The notes under the pieces were generated by a model that was not told where the DNA came from, made no database searches, and worked only from the letters and a program-made list of their open reading frames with translations. A DNA stretch of 64,000 bases from Akkermansia muciniphila. GTDB lineage: Bacteria; Verrucomicrobiota; Verrucomicrobiia; Limisphaerales; SIAT01. Numbering within the stretch: the first letter of the stretch is position 1; each line of letters opens with the position of its first letter. A program made the translations under genes and the position numbers. The DNA is taken from the NCBI GenBank assembly GCA_945900775.1, contig CAMDJP010000005.1, positions 20,167 through 84,166 on the forward strand, read 5' to 3'. This document shows, piece after piece, positions 35,681 to 43,891 of this stretch.

Positions 35681-36631
35681 ATGAATAGCACGGTTTCTGT
35701 CCCGCTGAACTCGCTCCGCCCGCGACGACGCATCGAGGGCTTCTCCGCCATCCTCCTGCCCTTCCTTGCCAATGGCGAGGTGGACTGGGCCGGCTTCACC
35801 GCGCACACGCGCCGCACTGTCCAGGCTGGCCTCGGCCCCGCCGTGAATATGGACACCGGCTTCGGCAATCTCATTGACGATGCCACCAAACGCCGCGCGC
35901 TGGAGATTACCCAGGCCGAGTGCGGCGGGCGCTGCTACGTCGCCGGCGCGTTCGTCGGTGATCAATCGGGCGCGACGTTCAACTTCGACGCCTACGCACG
36001 GCAGATGGAGATGATTCAGCAATTCGGCGGCACGCCCGTCATCTTCCAGAGCTACGGCCTCACGCAGCAGAATGATGACGCTATCGTAGCTGCCTACACA
36101 AAGCTCGGCACCGTGGCCGAACGCTTCGTTGGCTTCGAGCTGGGCACCGTGTTCCTCCCTTTTGGGAAGATTTACTCGCTCGATGTCTATCGCGGTCTTA
36201 TGGGAGTGAAGCAGTGCATCGGGGCCAAGCATTCCTCGCTCCGCCGCGACCTCGAATGGCAGCGCCTCGCTCTCCGCGATGCCACGCGCCCCGACTTCCG
36301 CGTCTTCACCGGCAACGACCTCGCCATCGACATGGTGATGTATGGCAGCGACTACCTGCTCGGCCTCTCCACGTTCGCACCGGACATCTTCGCCAAGCGC
36401 GATGCCGCGTGGCTCAACGGCGATCCGTCGTTCTACGAGCTGAACGACCTGCTGCAGTACCTCGGCTTCCTCGCCTTCCGCCCGCCTGTGCCCGCGTACA
36501 AGCACAGCGCCGCGATGTTCCTCAAGCTCCGCGGCTGGATCGGCTGCGACGACACGCACCCGAAATCCGCGAAACGTCCGGAGTCCGATCGCGAAATCCT
36601 CGCGGACATTGTGAAGCGGTTGCCTCAGTGA
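35681..36631 (+). CDS. Dihydrodipicolinate synthase/N-acetylneuraminate lyase-family (class I aldolase-like) protein
   Basis: 316 aa. The overall DapA-like layout includes a candidate Schiff-base lysine in IGAKHSS (cf. G-x-K-x-S). Substrate unknown. The longer antisense ORF (35663-36646) is judged a shadow. Confidence 0.65.
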   Translation: MNSTVSVPLNSLRPRRRIEGFSAILLPFLANGEVDWAGFTAHTRRTVQAGLGPAVNMDTGFGNLIDDATKRRALEITQAECGGRCYVAGAFVGDQSGATFNFDAYARQMEMIQQFGGTPVIFQSYGLTQQNDDAIVAAYTKLGTVAERFVGFELGTVFLPFGKIYSLDVYRGLMGVKQCIGAKHSSLRRDLEWQRLALRDATRPDFRVFTGNDLAIDMVMYGSDYLLGLSTFAPDIFAKRDAAWLNGDPSFYELNDLLQYLGFLAFRPPVPAYKHSAAMFLKLRGWIGCDDTHPKSAKRPESDREILADIVKRLPQ

Positions 36632-36681
36632 AACAAAAACTTTCAAGCCAGGGCCGGGTTGAGCCGATTCCGCAACCGGGC

Positions 36682-37872
36682 ATGAGCCGACGAAGATTCG
36701 CGCAACTGCTGTCCGCAGCAGCGCTCGCCGTCGGCATTGGGCGTTTGGCTAACGCGGAAACTGCATCGGACAAGGACCAACTCCTCGCGCGCCTCACCGC
36801 CGCACAGCCGAGCCAGCGCGTGAAGTTGCCCGCTGATTTCAATGACCGCTTCGGCTCCGCGCATGTGAGCGGGAAGTATTTCCTCACGGAAAAGCCGTTC
36901 CTCCTCGAAGGCGCGGAGAAGCTGCTCTCACTGGGCACGCGGCTCGGCAAGTTCTGGTTCGAACCCGCCAGAGTCCGGCACTCGTATCCGTTCCACAGCC
37001 AGTGGGGCAGCTACCGCACGCTGGTGGAGCTCGCGCGCTCGGAATATTTCACGCAGCTCTGGCAGATGCCGTTCACGACGTTTGTGCTCGAAGCGATGGC
37101 GCCGGCGGAGGAAGGCTGGCGCAAGGCGGGTTTGACAGATGATTTTTACGCCGCGGTCACGCGCGAATATTTCGACGTGACGGCCCACTTCTATCGCCTC
37201 TTCCGTGACCGCGCGGTGACGGTGGTGTTGCAAAACTGCGAGGGCGACTGGCTGTTGCGCGGCGAAGGTCAGGAGTGGAATCCACCGCCGACCGACTGGA
37301 AGCAACGCTGCGAACAGATGCAACGCTGGCTCGCCGCGCGGCAGGCGGGTGTCGCGAAGGCGCGCGCGGAATTCGGGACCGGAGCGAAGTGCGTCGTCGC
37401 GCACGCGGCCGAGGTGAATCGCGTGGACGACGCCTTCAAGGGCATCCCGACGATGACGCGCCACGTCCTGCCCGGCGTCGAGGTGGACCTGGTTTCCTAC
37501 AGCGCCTACGACGGCATGGACGGCGGCCCGCTGCACTTCTGGAAATGCCTCGAGGAAATCCGCGCGCACGCCCGCACCGGTCCGCTCTTCGGTCCCAGCG
37601 CGCTGGCCATCGGAGAATTTGGCATTCCGGAGAATGCGTCACCCAAGCGCATCACCGAACGCTACGATGAAGCGCTCGGTGTCATGCTCGCCGCGAACGT
37701 CCGCTACGCGGCGCACTGGGAACATTACTGCAATGAATTCACCGCCGAAGGCAAACCGCCCACGCCCGTGAACGACCCGAAACTCATGCGCGGTTTCTGG
37801 CTCGTGAAGCCCGACGGTTCGTTGAGTGAAGGCGGGAAATATTTTTCCGCGCTGTGGCAGCGAGCCAAGTGA
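36682..37872 (+). CDS. Hypothetical exported protein (Tat-like signal); possible clan GH-A-like glycoside hydrolase
   Basis: 396 aa from the ATG at 36682 (MSRRRFAQLLSAAALAVGIGRLANA). Two Glu-containing segments (VVLQNCEGDW and LAIGEFGIPEN) are spaced like the acid/base and nucleophile strands of (beta/alpha)8 hydrolases. This is inference only. The listed 36214 start overlaps the previous gene out of frame. Confidence 0.55.
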   Translation: MSRRRFAQLLSAAALAVGIGRLANAETASDKDQLLARLTAAQPSQRVKLPADFNDRFGSAHVSGKYFLTEKPFLLEGAEKLLSLGTRLGKFWFEPARVRHSYPFHSQWGSYRTLVELARSEYFTQLWQMPFTTFVLEAMAPAEEGWRKAGLTDDFYAAVTREYFDVTAHFYRLFRDRAVTVVLQNCEGDWLLRGEGQEWNPPPTDWKQRCEQMQRWLAARQAGVAKARAEFGTGAKCVVAHAAEVNRVDDAFKGIPTMTRHVLPGVEVDLVSYSAYDGMDGGPLHFWKCLEEIRAHARTGPLFGPSALAIGEFGIPENASPKRITERYDEALGVMLAANVRYAAHWEHYCNEFTAEGKPPTPVNDPKLMRGFWLVKPDGSLSEGGKYFSALWQRAK

Positions 37873-37891
37873 AACCTACTGACAAAAAAAT

Positions 37892-37990
37892 ATGACTGAA
37901 CCATTCAAACTCACCCGTATCCCTTCACTTAAGACGGTAGAAGATTTTCGCAAACACTGCGCCGCGCTCAGCATCGAGTTGCCGTGCGAA
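37892..37990 (+). repeat. Copy A of a 99-nt direct repeat (5' end of the OYE gene duplicated in front of the pectate lyase)
   Basis: Aligns without gaps to 39124-39222 with 10 mismatches (about 90% identity). Encodes MTEPFKLTRIPSLKTVEDFRKHCAALSIELPCE. Confidence 0.9.
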
Positions 37991-39103
37991 GGTCGGGCGA
38001 ATGGGAAACTGACGAGGGAAACAATTTTAGCAGGCCTCCGATTTTCTGTAGCATCCGCGTTGACGATGCTGTGTTTGATTGGCATTGCCGAGAGCGCGCT
38101 TGGTGCGGGCGGCGGCGCAGCGCAGTTTCTCAAGAAGCCGGATAGTTGGTTCGCCAGCGACGACGCGAAACAGGTCGCGGCGAATATTCTCTCCTATCAA
38201 TCCGATCTCGGCGGATGGCCCAAGAACACTGACACCGTGGACAGGCCGTTCACCGCGGATCGCAAAGCACTCAAGCCGACGTTTGACAACGGCGCGACGA
38301 CCGACGAAATGCGTTTCCTCGACCGCATCTTCAACTCAACGAAGGACGAGCGATACCGGGCGGCGTTCGTCCGGGGATTCGATTACATCCTCAAAGCGCA
38401 GTATCCCACCGGCGGTTGGCCGCAGTTTTATCCGCCTGGCAGACAATACCATCGCCACATCACCTTCAACGACAATGCGATGGTCCGCTTGCTGGAATTT
38501 CTGCGGGAGATTTACACCGCGGATCGCTACGCGTTTCTGGAGGCCAGCCAGCGAGAGGCGGCCCGCACCGCGTTCGAGCAAGGCATCGCCTGTATCCTCA
38601 AGTGCCAGATCTCGGTCAACGGCAAGCTTACCGCCTGGTGCGCGCAGCACGATGAAAAGGATTACCGCCCGCGCCAGGGCCGCGCGTTTGAACTTATCTC
38701 GTTCAGCGGGGCGGAATCGGTCGGCCTCACGCGTTTGCTGATGAGCCTGAATCGTCCCAGCCCCGAAGTGGTGCGCGCGGTGGAAGGTGCGGTCGCCTGG
38801 TTTGTGTCAACCCGACTGACCGGCATCCGCGAGGAGAAGCAGCCCGATCCGAAGGCACCCAAGGGGACGAACAAGATCACGGTCGATGATTCTGCGGCAC
38901 CCCCGCTTTGGGCGCGGTTTTACGACATCCAGTCAAGCCGGCCCATCTTCGTGGACCGCGACGGCGTGCCAAAACCGAATCTCGCCGACATCGGCTGCGA
39001 ACGCCGCAACGGTTACGAATGGTATGGCAATTGGCCGCAGCAACTGCTCGAAAAGGATTATCCCGCGTGGAAAAAGAAGTGGGCCGGAGCGTCCGCCCGT
39101 TGA
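37892..39103 (+). CDS. Pectate lyase, PelA/Pel-15E type (polysaccharide lyase family 10-like), with a chimeric N-terminus
   Basis: 403 aa. Conserved PL10-like blocks: YQSDLGGWPKN, ATTDEMRFL, ILKAQYPTGGWPQFYP, ITFNDNAMV, WCAQHD. The first 33 codons duplicate the N-terminus of the next gene. The hydrophobic signal-like segment (FSVASALTMLCLIGIAESALGAG) lies around residues 51-73, so the functional start is uncertain. Confidence 0.8.
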   Translation: MTEPFKLTRIPSLKTVEDFRKHCAALSIELPCEGRANGKLTRETILAGLRFSVASALTMLCLIGIAESALGAGGGAAQFLKKPDSWFASDDAKQVAANILSYQSDLGGWPKNTDTVDRPFTADRKALKPTFDNGATTDEMRFLDRIFNSTKDERYRAAFVRGFDYILKAQYPTGGWPQFYPPGRQYHRHITFNDNAMVRLLEFLREIYTADRYAFLEASQREAARTAFEQGIACILKCQISVNGKLTAWCAQHDEKDYRPRQGRAFELISFSGAESVGLTRLLMSLNRPSPEVVRAVEGAVAWFVSTRLTGIREEKQPDPKAPKGTNKITVDDSAAPPLWARFYDIQSSRPIFVDRDGVPKPNLADIGCERRNGYEWYGNWPQQLLEKDYPAWKKKWAGASAR

Positions 39104-39123
39104 TCAACTCTGAACTGACCTTT

Positions 39124-39222
39124 ATGACTGAACCCTTCAAACTCACCCGCATCCCGTCGCTGAAGACGGTGGACGATTTTCGCAAACATTGCGCCGCGCT
39201 CGGCATCGAGTTGCCGTGCGAG
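39124..39222 (+). repeat. Copy B of the 99-nt direct repeat (authentic 5' end of the OYE gene)
   Basis: Encodes MTEPFKLTRIPSLKTVDDFRKHCAALGIELPCE. See copy A. Confidence 0.9.
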
Positions 39223-40611
39223 GACGCCATCGAGGGGGGTGCGAGTTCGCCGCTAGCGCAGCCGGTGGCGAACGTCACCATCAACGGCAAGCGCATCGGC
39301 AACCGTGTGGCCATTCATCCGATGGAGGGCTGGGATGGCACGACGACCGGCGGCTTGAGCGAGGAGATGCGGCGGCGCTGGCAGCGTTTCGGTGAGAGCG
39401 GCGCGAAGTTGATTTGCGGTGCGGAGGCGATGGCCGTGCACCCCGATGGCCGCGCGAATCCGAACCAGCTCATCATCATCGAGCAGAACAAAGCCGGTCT
39501 CGCGGAGTTGATGGGCATTCTCAAGCAGGCGCATCAAGAACGTTACGGCACGACGGACGATCTCGTGATCGGTTTCCAGCTCACGCACTCGGGGCGTTTC
39601 TGCAAACCGAACAGCAAATCAACCTACGAGCCGCGCGTGGCATTTCGGCATCCAATCCTTGATCCGAAGTTCAAGATCACGAGCGACGCGCAGGTGTTCA
39701 CCGACGCGGAGATCGAGCAACTCATCCAGGACTTCATCAAGGCGGCGAAAATCGCTTGGGATGTGGGCGCCGACTTTGTGGATATCAAACATTGCCACGG
39801 CTATCTGCTGCATGAGTTCCTCGGCGCGCATACTCGGCCTGGCAAGTTCGGTGGGAGCTTCGAGAACCGCACTCGCATCCTCCGTGAGATTATCGCGGGC
39901 ATCCGTGCGAGCGGGAACAAGATCGAGTTCGGTGTCCGCCTGAGCTGCTTCGACAAGGTGCCGCACCGACCTAATCCGGCGTTGTCCGCGCCCGGCAAGC
40001 TCGGCCCCGGTATCCCTGAGGACTTCAGCCGCTGCCTGCCTTACCGTTACGGCTTCGGCGTAAATCAGAACGACCCGACGCAAATTGACCTCACGGAAAC
40101 GTTCCAGTTTGTCGAGCTCTGCGCACAGCTTGGCGTGAAGATTCTGAACACCACCGCCGGCTCGCCCTACTCCACGCCACATTTGCAGCGTCCAGCCGCC
40201 TATCCGCCGAGCGATGGTTATCAGCCGGCGCACGACCCGCTCATCGATGTGGCGGGACAGATCCAGGCGGTGAAGAGCCTGAAGGCACGGGTGGGGGACA
40301 AGCTCATCGTCGTCGGGTCGGGCTACAGTTATCTGCAGGAATACCTACCGCACGTTGCGCAGTTCGTCGTGCGCGAAGGTTGGGCGGACATGGTGGGGCT
40401 AGGCCGCGTCGTCTTGAGCTATCCGACGATGCTCGTCGAGGCGGCGCAGAAGGGCGAACTGGAGAAGCGTTTCATTTGCCGCACGTTCAGCGACTGCACC
40501 ACCGCGGTACGCAGCGGCCTCATCAGCGGCTGCTATCCGCTCGACAAGTACTACACAGCGAAGCCCGAGGCGAAACAGTTGAAAGAGATCAAGAAAGCGG
40601 TTGGTGCCTGA
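39124..40611 (+). CDS. NADH:flavin oxidoreductase (Old Yellow Enzyme family)
   Basis: 495 aa from the ATG at 39124. OYE hallmark DFVDIKHCHGYLLHEFLGAHTRPGKFGGSFENRTRILREII. The listed start at 38908 overlaps the pectate lyase out of frame. Confidence 0.85.
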   Translation: MTEPFKLTRIPSLKTVDDFRKHCAALGIELPCEDAIEGGASSPLAQPVANVTINGKRIGNRVAIHPMEGWDGTTTGGLSEEMRRRWQRFGESGAKLICGAEAMAVHPDGRANPNQLIIIEQNKAGLAELMGILKQAHQERYGTTDDLVIGFQLTHSGRFCKPNSKSTYEPRVAFRHPILDPKFKITSDAQVFTDAEIEQLIQDFIKAAKIAWDVGADFVDIKHCHGYLLHEFLGAHTRPGKFGGSFENRTRILREIIAGIRASGNKIEFGVRLSCFDKVPHRPNPALSAPGKLGPGIPEDFSRCLPYRYGFGVNQNDPTQIDLTETFQFVELCAQLGVKILNTTAGSPYSTPHLQRPAAYPPSDGYQPAHDPLIDVAGQIQAVKSLKARVGDKLIVVGSGYSYLQEYLPHVAQFVVREGWADMVGLGRVVLSYPTMLVEAAQKGELEKRFICRTFSDCTTAVRSGLISGCYPLDKYYTAKPEAKQLKEIKKAVGA

Positions 40612-40659
40612 GGCCATATTTGTTTTGCCTTCGCCACGAGGTTGCGCGATAGCGGAGGC

Positions 40660-42171
40660 ATGATTTTCCAGTCGCTGCCACGTTTCTTTCTCGTCGCGCT
40701 CGGGTTTTTTATCTTCATCATCAGCTCGGTGAAGGCCACTGAGGCGCGACGGCCGAATGTTATTTTCATCATCGCCGATGATCTGGGCTGGGGCGATCTC
40801 GGCTGTTACGGCCAGAAAATCATCCGCACGCCGCACCTCGACCGGATGGCCACGGAAGGGATGCGCTTCACTCAGCATTACTCGGGCAACGCGGTCTGTG
40901 CGCCGTCACGCTGCGTGCTGATGACTGGCAAGCATCCCGGTCATGCGTTTATCCGAGACAACAAGCAGTTCAAGCCGGGGCAAGAAGGGCAGTGGCCGAT
41001 TCCAGCGGACACGGTTACGCTCGCGAAGCTTTTTCAGCACCGCGGCTACGCGACCGGTGGTTTCGGAAAGTGGGGCCTCGGAGCGCCGGGTACGGAAGGC
41101 GAGCCGCTCAAGCAAGGTTTCACGCGCTGGTTCGGTTTCAATTGCCAAGCCGTCGCACACAACTTTTACCCGACTTATCTTTGGGACAATGATCGCAAGG
41201 TGACGTTGAACAATCCGCCCTTCGCCGCGCATCAAAAACTGCCCGAGGGTGCGGACCCGAAGGATCCGACGAACTACGCGCGCTACTCGGGAAAAGAGTA
41301 TTCATCGGACCTGATATGGGAACAGGCGCGCCGGTTCGTGCGCGACAACAAGGAGCGCCCTTTCTTTCTCTTTGCGCCGACGACCGTGCCGCATCTGGCG
41401 TTGCAGGCCCCGGAGGATTCGCTCGCCGAATATCGCGGTAAATTTCCAGACGAGCCGTATCCCGGGGGCAAAGGCTACCTGCCGCACATCGCTCCACGCG
41501 CGGCGTATGCGGCGATGATCACGCGCATGGACAAGGAAATTGGCCGCTTGATGGATCTGGTGAAGGAGTTTGGCCTCGATGAGCAGACCCTCTTCGTCTT
41601 CACCTCAGACAACGGCCCGCTCTACGATAAACTCGGCGGCACCGACTGCGAATTCTTCAATTCGCACGGGGGTCTGCGCGGGCGCAAAGGCGCTCTCTAC
41701 GAAGGTGGCTTCCGAGTGCCGGCTATCGTGCGTTGGAAGGGACGCATTGCTCCGAGCATCTCGGATCGCGTGACAGGATTCGAGGACTGGATTCCGACAC
41801 TGCTTGAATTGGCTGCGTTGAAGGAGGCGATTCCCGCTGGGTTGGACGGGTTCAGTTTCGCACCGACTTTGCGCGGTGAAAAGCAATCGGAACGACCATT
41901 CCTCTACCGCGAGTTTCCGGCCTACGGCGGACAGCAGTGCATCCGCGTGGGGGACTGGAAGGGTGTCCGGCAGAGCCTGAATCTGAGAGAGAAGAAGGCT
42001 GCGGTGTCAGATGGGCGATTGGAATTGTATAACCTTAAAGACGACATCACCGAGTCGCGCGATGTCGCCGCGCAGCATCCTGAGATTATCGCACGGCTAG
42101 AGCGTCTGCTACGTGAGCAGCACACGTCTTCCAAAGAGTTTCCATTTCCGTTGCTTGATGACAGCCTTTGA
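40660..42171 (+). CDS. Arylsulfatase-family sulfatase (Cys-type, formylglycine-dependent)
   Basis: 503 aa from the ATG at 40660. Signal peptide (FFLVALGFFIFIISSVKA), then RPNVIFIIADDLGWGDLGCYG and the sulfatase signature CAPSRCVLMTGKH (C-x-P-x-R). Confidence 0.9.
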   Translation: MIFQSLPRFFLVALGFFIFIISSVKATEARRPNVIFIIADDLGWGDLGCYGQKIIRTPHLDRMATEGMRFTQHYSGNAVCAPSRCVLMTGKHPGHAFIRDNKQFKPGQEGQWPIPADTVTLAKLFQHRGYATGGFGKWGLGAPGTEGEPLKQGFTRWFGFNCQAVAHNFYPTYLWDNDRKVTLNNPPFAAHQKLPEGADPKDPTNYARYSGKEYSSDLIWEQARRFVRDNKERPFFLFAPTTVPHLALQAPEDSLAEYRGKFPDEPYPGGKGYLPHIAPRAAYAAMITRMDKEIGRLMDLVKEFGLDEQTLFVFTSDNGPLYDKLGGTDCEFFNSHGGLRGRKGALYEGGFRVPAIVRWKGRIAPSISDRVTGFEDWIPTLLELAALKEAIPAGLDGFSFAPTLRGEKQSERPFLYREFPAYGGQQCIRVGDWKGVRQSLNLREKKAAVSDGRLELYNLKDDITESRDVAAQHPEIIARLERLLREQHTSSKEFPFPLLDDSL

Positions 42172-42226
42172 AAGGCGGGGCCCGAGCAACGCCCGGGACT
42201 TCAAAAGAATCTGCGGCACACTCCAG

Positions 42227-42943
42227 TCACCACCAGGTGAAGGCGGAGTCCGGCGCGGGGGTGAGCAGCCAGTTGGTCATGTTCGCCGGGAAGACGAAGA
42301 ACTCCACGTGACCGTCGCCGAAGAGCATCACGTGACCGCGCTTGCCACCGCTGCCGTGCCACATGTCGTCGCGATCATAAGGCCAGTTCCAGTCGCCTTG
42401 GATAATCTTGTTCACCGCGTTCAGGGCGATTTCCGCCTCGTTCATCGAGGTCGCCTCGTACGAGCCGGGCACTTCGGTGGCCTCGCCGAGCACCCGCTTC
42501 ACGCGGAACATGTCGTCCGCCACCTGCGGCTGGTAACTGCTGCCGAAAGCCTCGTAGCAGGTCTTCACGTTGTAGGCCCCGCCGCCGATGTCGGAAGGGC
42601 AACGAAAAATATCCGGGCCGACGTACTTATTCAGAGGCCTCGAGGCCGTGGGCGTCGAAGCACCGTAGAGCTGGGCTGCCGCGGCAGGCGTGGTGAAGTT
42701 GCCTTGGACACCCCCGCTGCCAGCCGAGCCCATGACGACCGGGTAGCGTTCACTGTTGTCAGCGGTGTACATCATGAAGGCCTTGCCGATCTGCTGTTGG
42801 TTGCTGATGCACTTCGCCGTGCGGCCCTTGGATTTGGCGCTCCCCAAGGCGGGCAGCAACAGGCCCGCTAGAATGCCGATAATGGCGATGACAACCAGAA
42901 TCTCAATCAGTGTGAATGCCGAGTGTTTCGCGTTCGTTCTCAT
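42227..42943 (-). CDS. Prepilin-type N-terminal cleavage/methylation domain protein with DUF1559 ('H-X9-DG') domain
   Basis: 238 aa. N-terminus AFTLIEILVVIAIIGILAGLLLPAL is a classical type IV pilin-like leader and hydrophobic helix. C-terminal LFGDGHVEFF. This family is expanded in Planctomycetes and Verrucomicrobia. Confidence 0.85.
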   Translation of the reverse strand: MRTNAKHSAFTLIEILVVIAIIGILAGLLLPALGSAKSKGRTAKCISNQQQIGKAFMMYTADNSERYPVVMGSAGSGGVQGNFTTPAAAAQLYGASTPTASRPLNKYVGPDIFRCPSDIGGGAYNVKTCYEAFGSSYQPQVADDMFRVKRVLGEATEVPGSYEATSMNEAEIALNAVNKIIQGDWNWPYDRDDMWHGSGGKRGHVMLFGDGHVEFFVFPANMTNWLLTPAPDSAFTWW

Positions 42944-43233
42944 TTCGTTTCAATCTACGCCGTTGCCTCGCGGTGCCTCCTGTCTTAACTAGTAGAAAAA
43001 TATCCCAGTTGGACGCGTGGGTAAAGTGAAATACCGGGCATCCTTTTTACTATCTGAGAGTAATTTCTGCCAAATCTCTCGCTAGACACCGTGCAACACC
43101 GTCGGTTTTAGATCGGAATAGCCCTAATCGCGGAAGGGAGCAAATGGTATGGATGGAGGTTTGACACCTCGCAATAGTCCGCCTATAAACCCAGTTCCTG
43201 CGACGCAGTAAACAATCTAAAACCAAACTGACT

Positions 43234-43725
43234 ATGCCTATCGCTGTTGGAACCAAAGCCCCAGACTTCTCCCTCAAATCCAAAAACGCCAGCGGCGTTT
43301 CTGACGTCAAGCTGAGCGCCAACTTCGGCCAGAAGAATACGGTGATTCTTTTTGTTCCGCTTGCCTTCACCGGTGTTTGCACGGCTGAATTGTGCGATAT
43401 CACGGCCGGACTTAGTGCGTACAACGATCTCAACGCCGCCGTCATCGGCATCAGCGTTGACAGCCCGTTTGCTCAGGAACAGTGGGCGACGAAGGAGAAA
43501 ATTGGTATCACGCTCGCCAGCGATTTGAACAAGAAGACGGCCAGCGACTACGGCGTGCTCATCAACGACCTCGGTGGATTGATTCCCGGCTTCGGATCCA
43601 CCAGCGCCCGAGCGGCGTTCGTCGTAGACAAAGCCGGCGTGGTGCAATATGCCGAGCAGACCGCGACCGTGAAGGACTTGCCGAATTTCGCGGCGATCAA
43701 AGAGACGCTCGCCAAGCTGAAGTAA
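43234..43725 (+). CDS. Peroxiredoxin (AhpC/TSA-redoxin family)
   Basis: 163 aa. Peroxidatic-Cys motif FVPLAFTGVCTAELC within a thioredoxin-fold layout (APDFSL...). Confidence 0.85.
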   Translation: MPIAVGTKAPDFSLKSKNASGVSDVKLSANFGQKNTVILFVPLAFTGVCTAELCDITAGLSAYNDLNAAVIGISVDSPFAQEQWATKEKIGITLASDLNKKTASDYGVLINDLGGLIPGFGSTSARAAFVVDKAGVVQYAEQTATVKDLPNFAAIKETLAKLK

Positions 43726-43748
43726 GCGGCGACTCCACGATTCATCAG

Positions 43749-43779
43749 AAGGGCGGGGGGTTTTTCTCCCGCCCTTTTT
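43749..43779 (+). terminator. Rho-independent terminator after the peroxiredoxin gene
   Basis: Stem AAGGGCGGG/CCCGCCCTT followed by a TTT(C)ATTTT tract. Confidence 0.75.
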
Positions 43780-43891
43780 CATTTTCATGGGAGGCTGCGT
43801 GGGATTCGGTCTCTTCCATCGCTTGACTTTGCGAAGTCCAAACTGCATTTTTTTGCTCCCGGTGAGGTAGATTTCATCGGCACAAAATTTT

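Noticed and set aside
35663-36646. 327-aa minus-strand ORF, slightly longer than the plus-strand DapA-like ORF.
   Set aside because: The plus-strand product has an aldolase-family layout with a candidate catalytic Lys (GAKHSS) and is co-directional with the cluster. The minus-strand product is Ala/Glu/Arg/Val-rich shadow sequence.
36214-36681. 5' extensions of listed ORFs: 36214 (hypothetical), 38908 (OYE), 5796 (sugar kinase), 13855 (CoA ligase), 29941 (ruvX), 11157 (NagB-like), 34263 (NIL) and 32511 (ptsN).
   Set aside because: The extensions overlap upstream genes out of frame, or encode Arg/Pro-rich low-complexity sequence. Internal ATGs coincide with the start of recognisable homology and with signal peptides.
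35509-42943. Possibility that the region downstream of tRNA-Val is a mobile genomic island.
   Set aside because: There is no integrase, transposase or conjugation gene in it. I could not find a direct repeat of the tRNA 3' end by eye. GC content looks similar to the flanks. It is reported only as a functional cluster.
43050-43451. 133-aa minus-strand ORF spanning the 290-bp intergenic region and the start of the peroxiredoxin gene.
   Set aside because: It is antisense to the peroxiredoxin N-terminus, which has a clear catalytic motif. No motif or signal was recognised. It more likely reflects a divergent promoter region.
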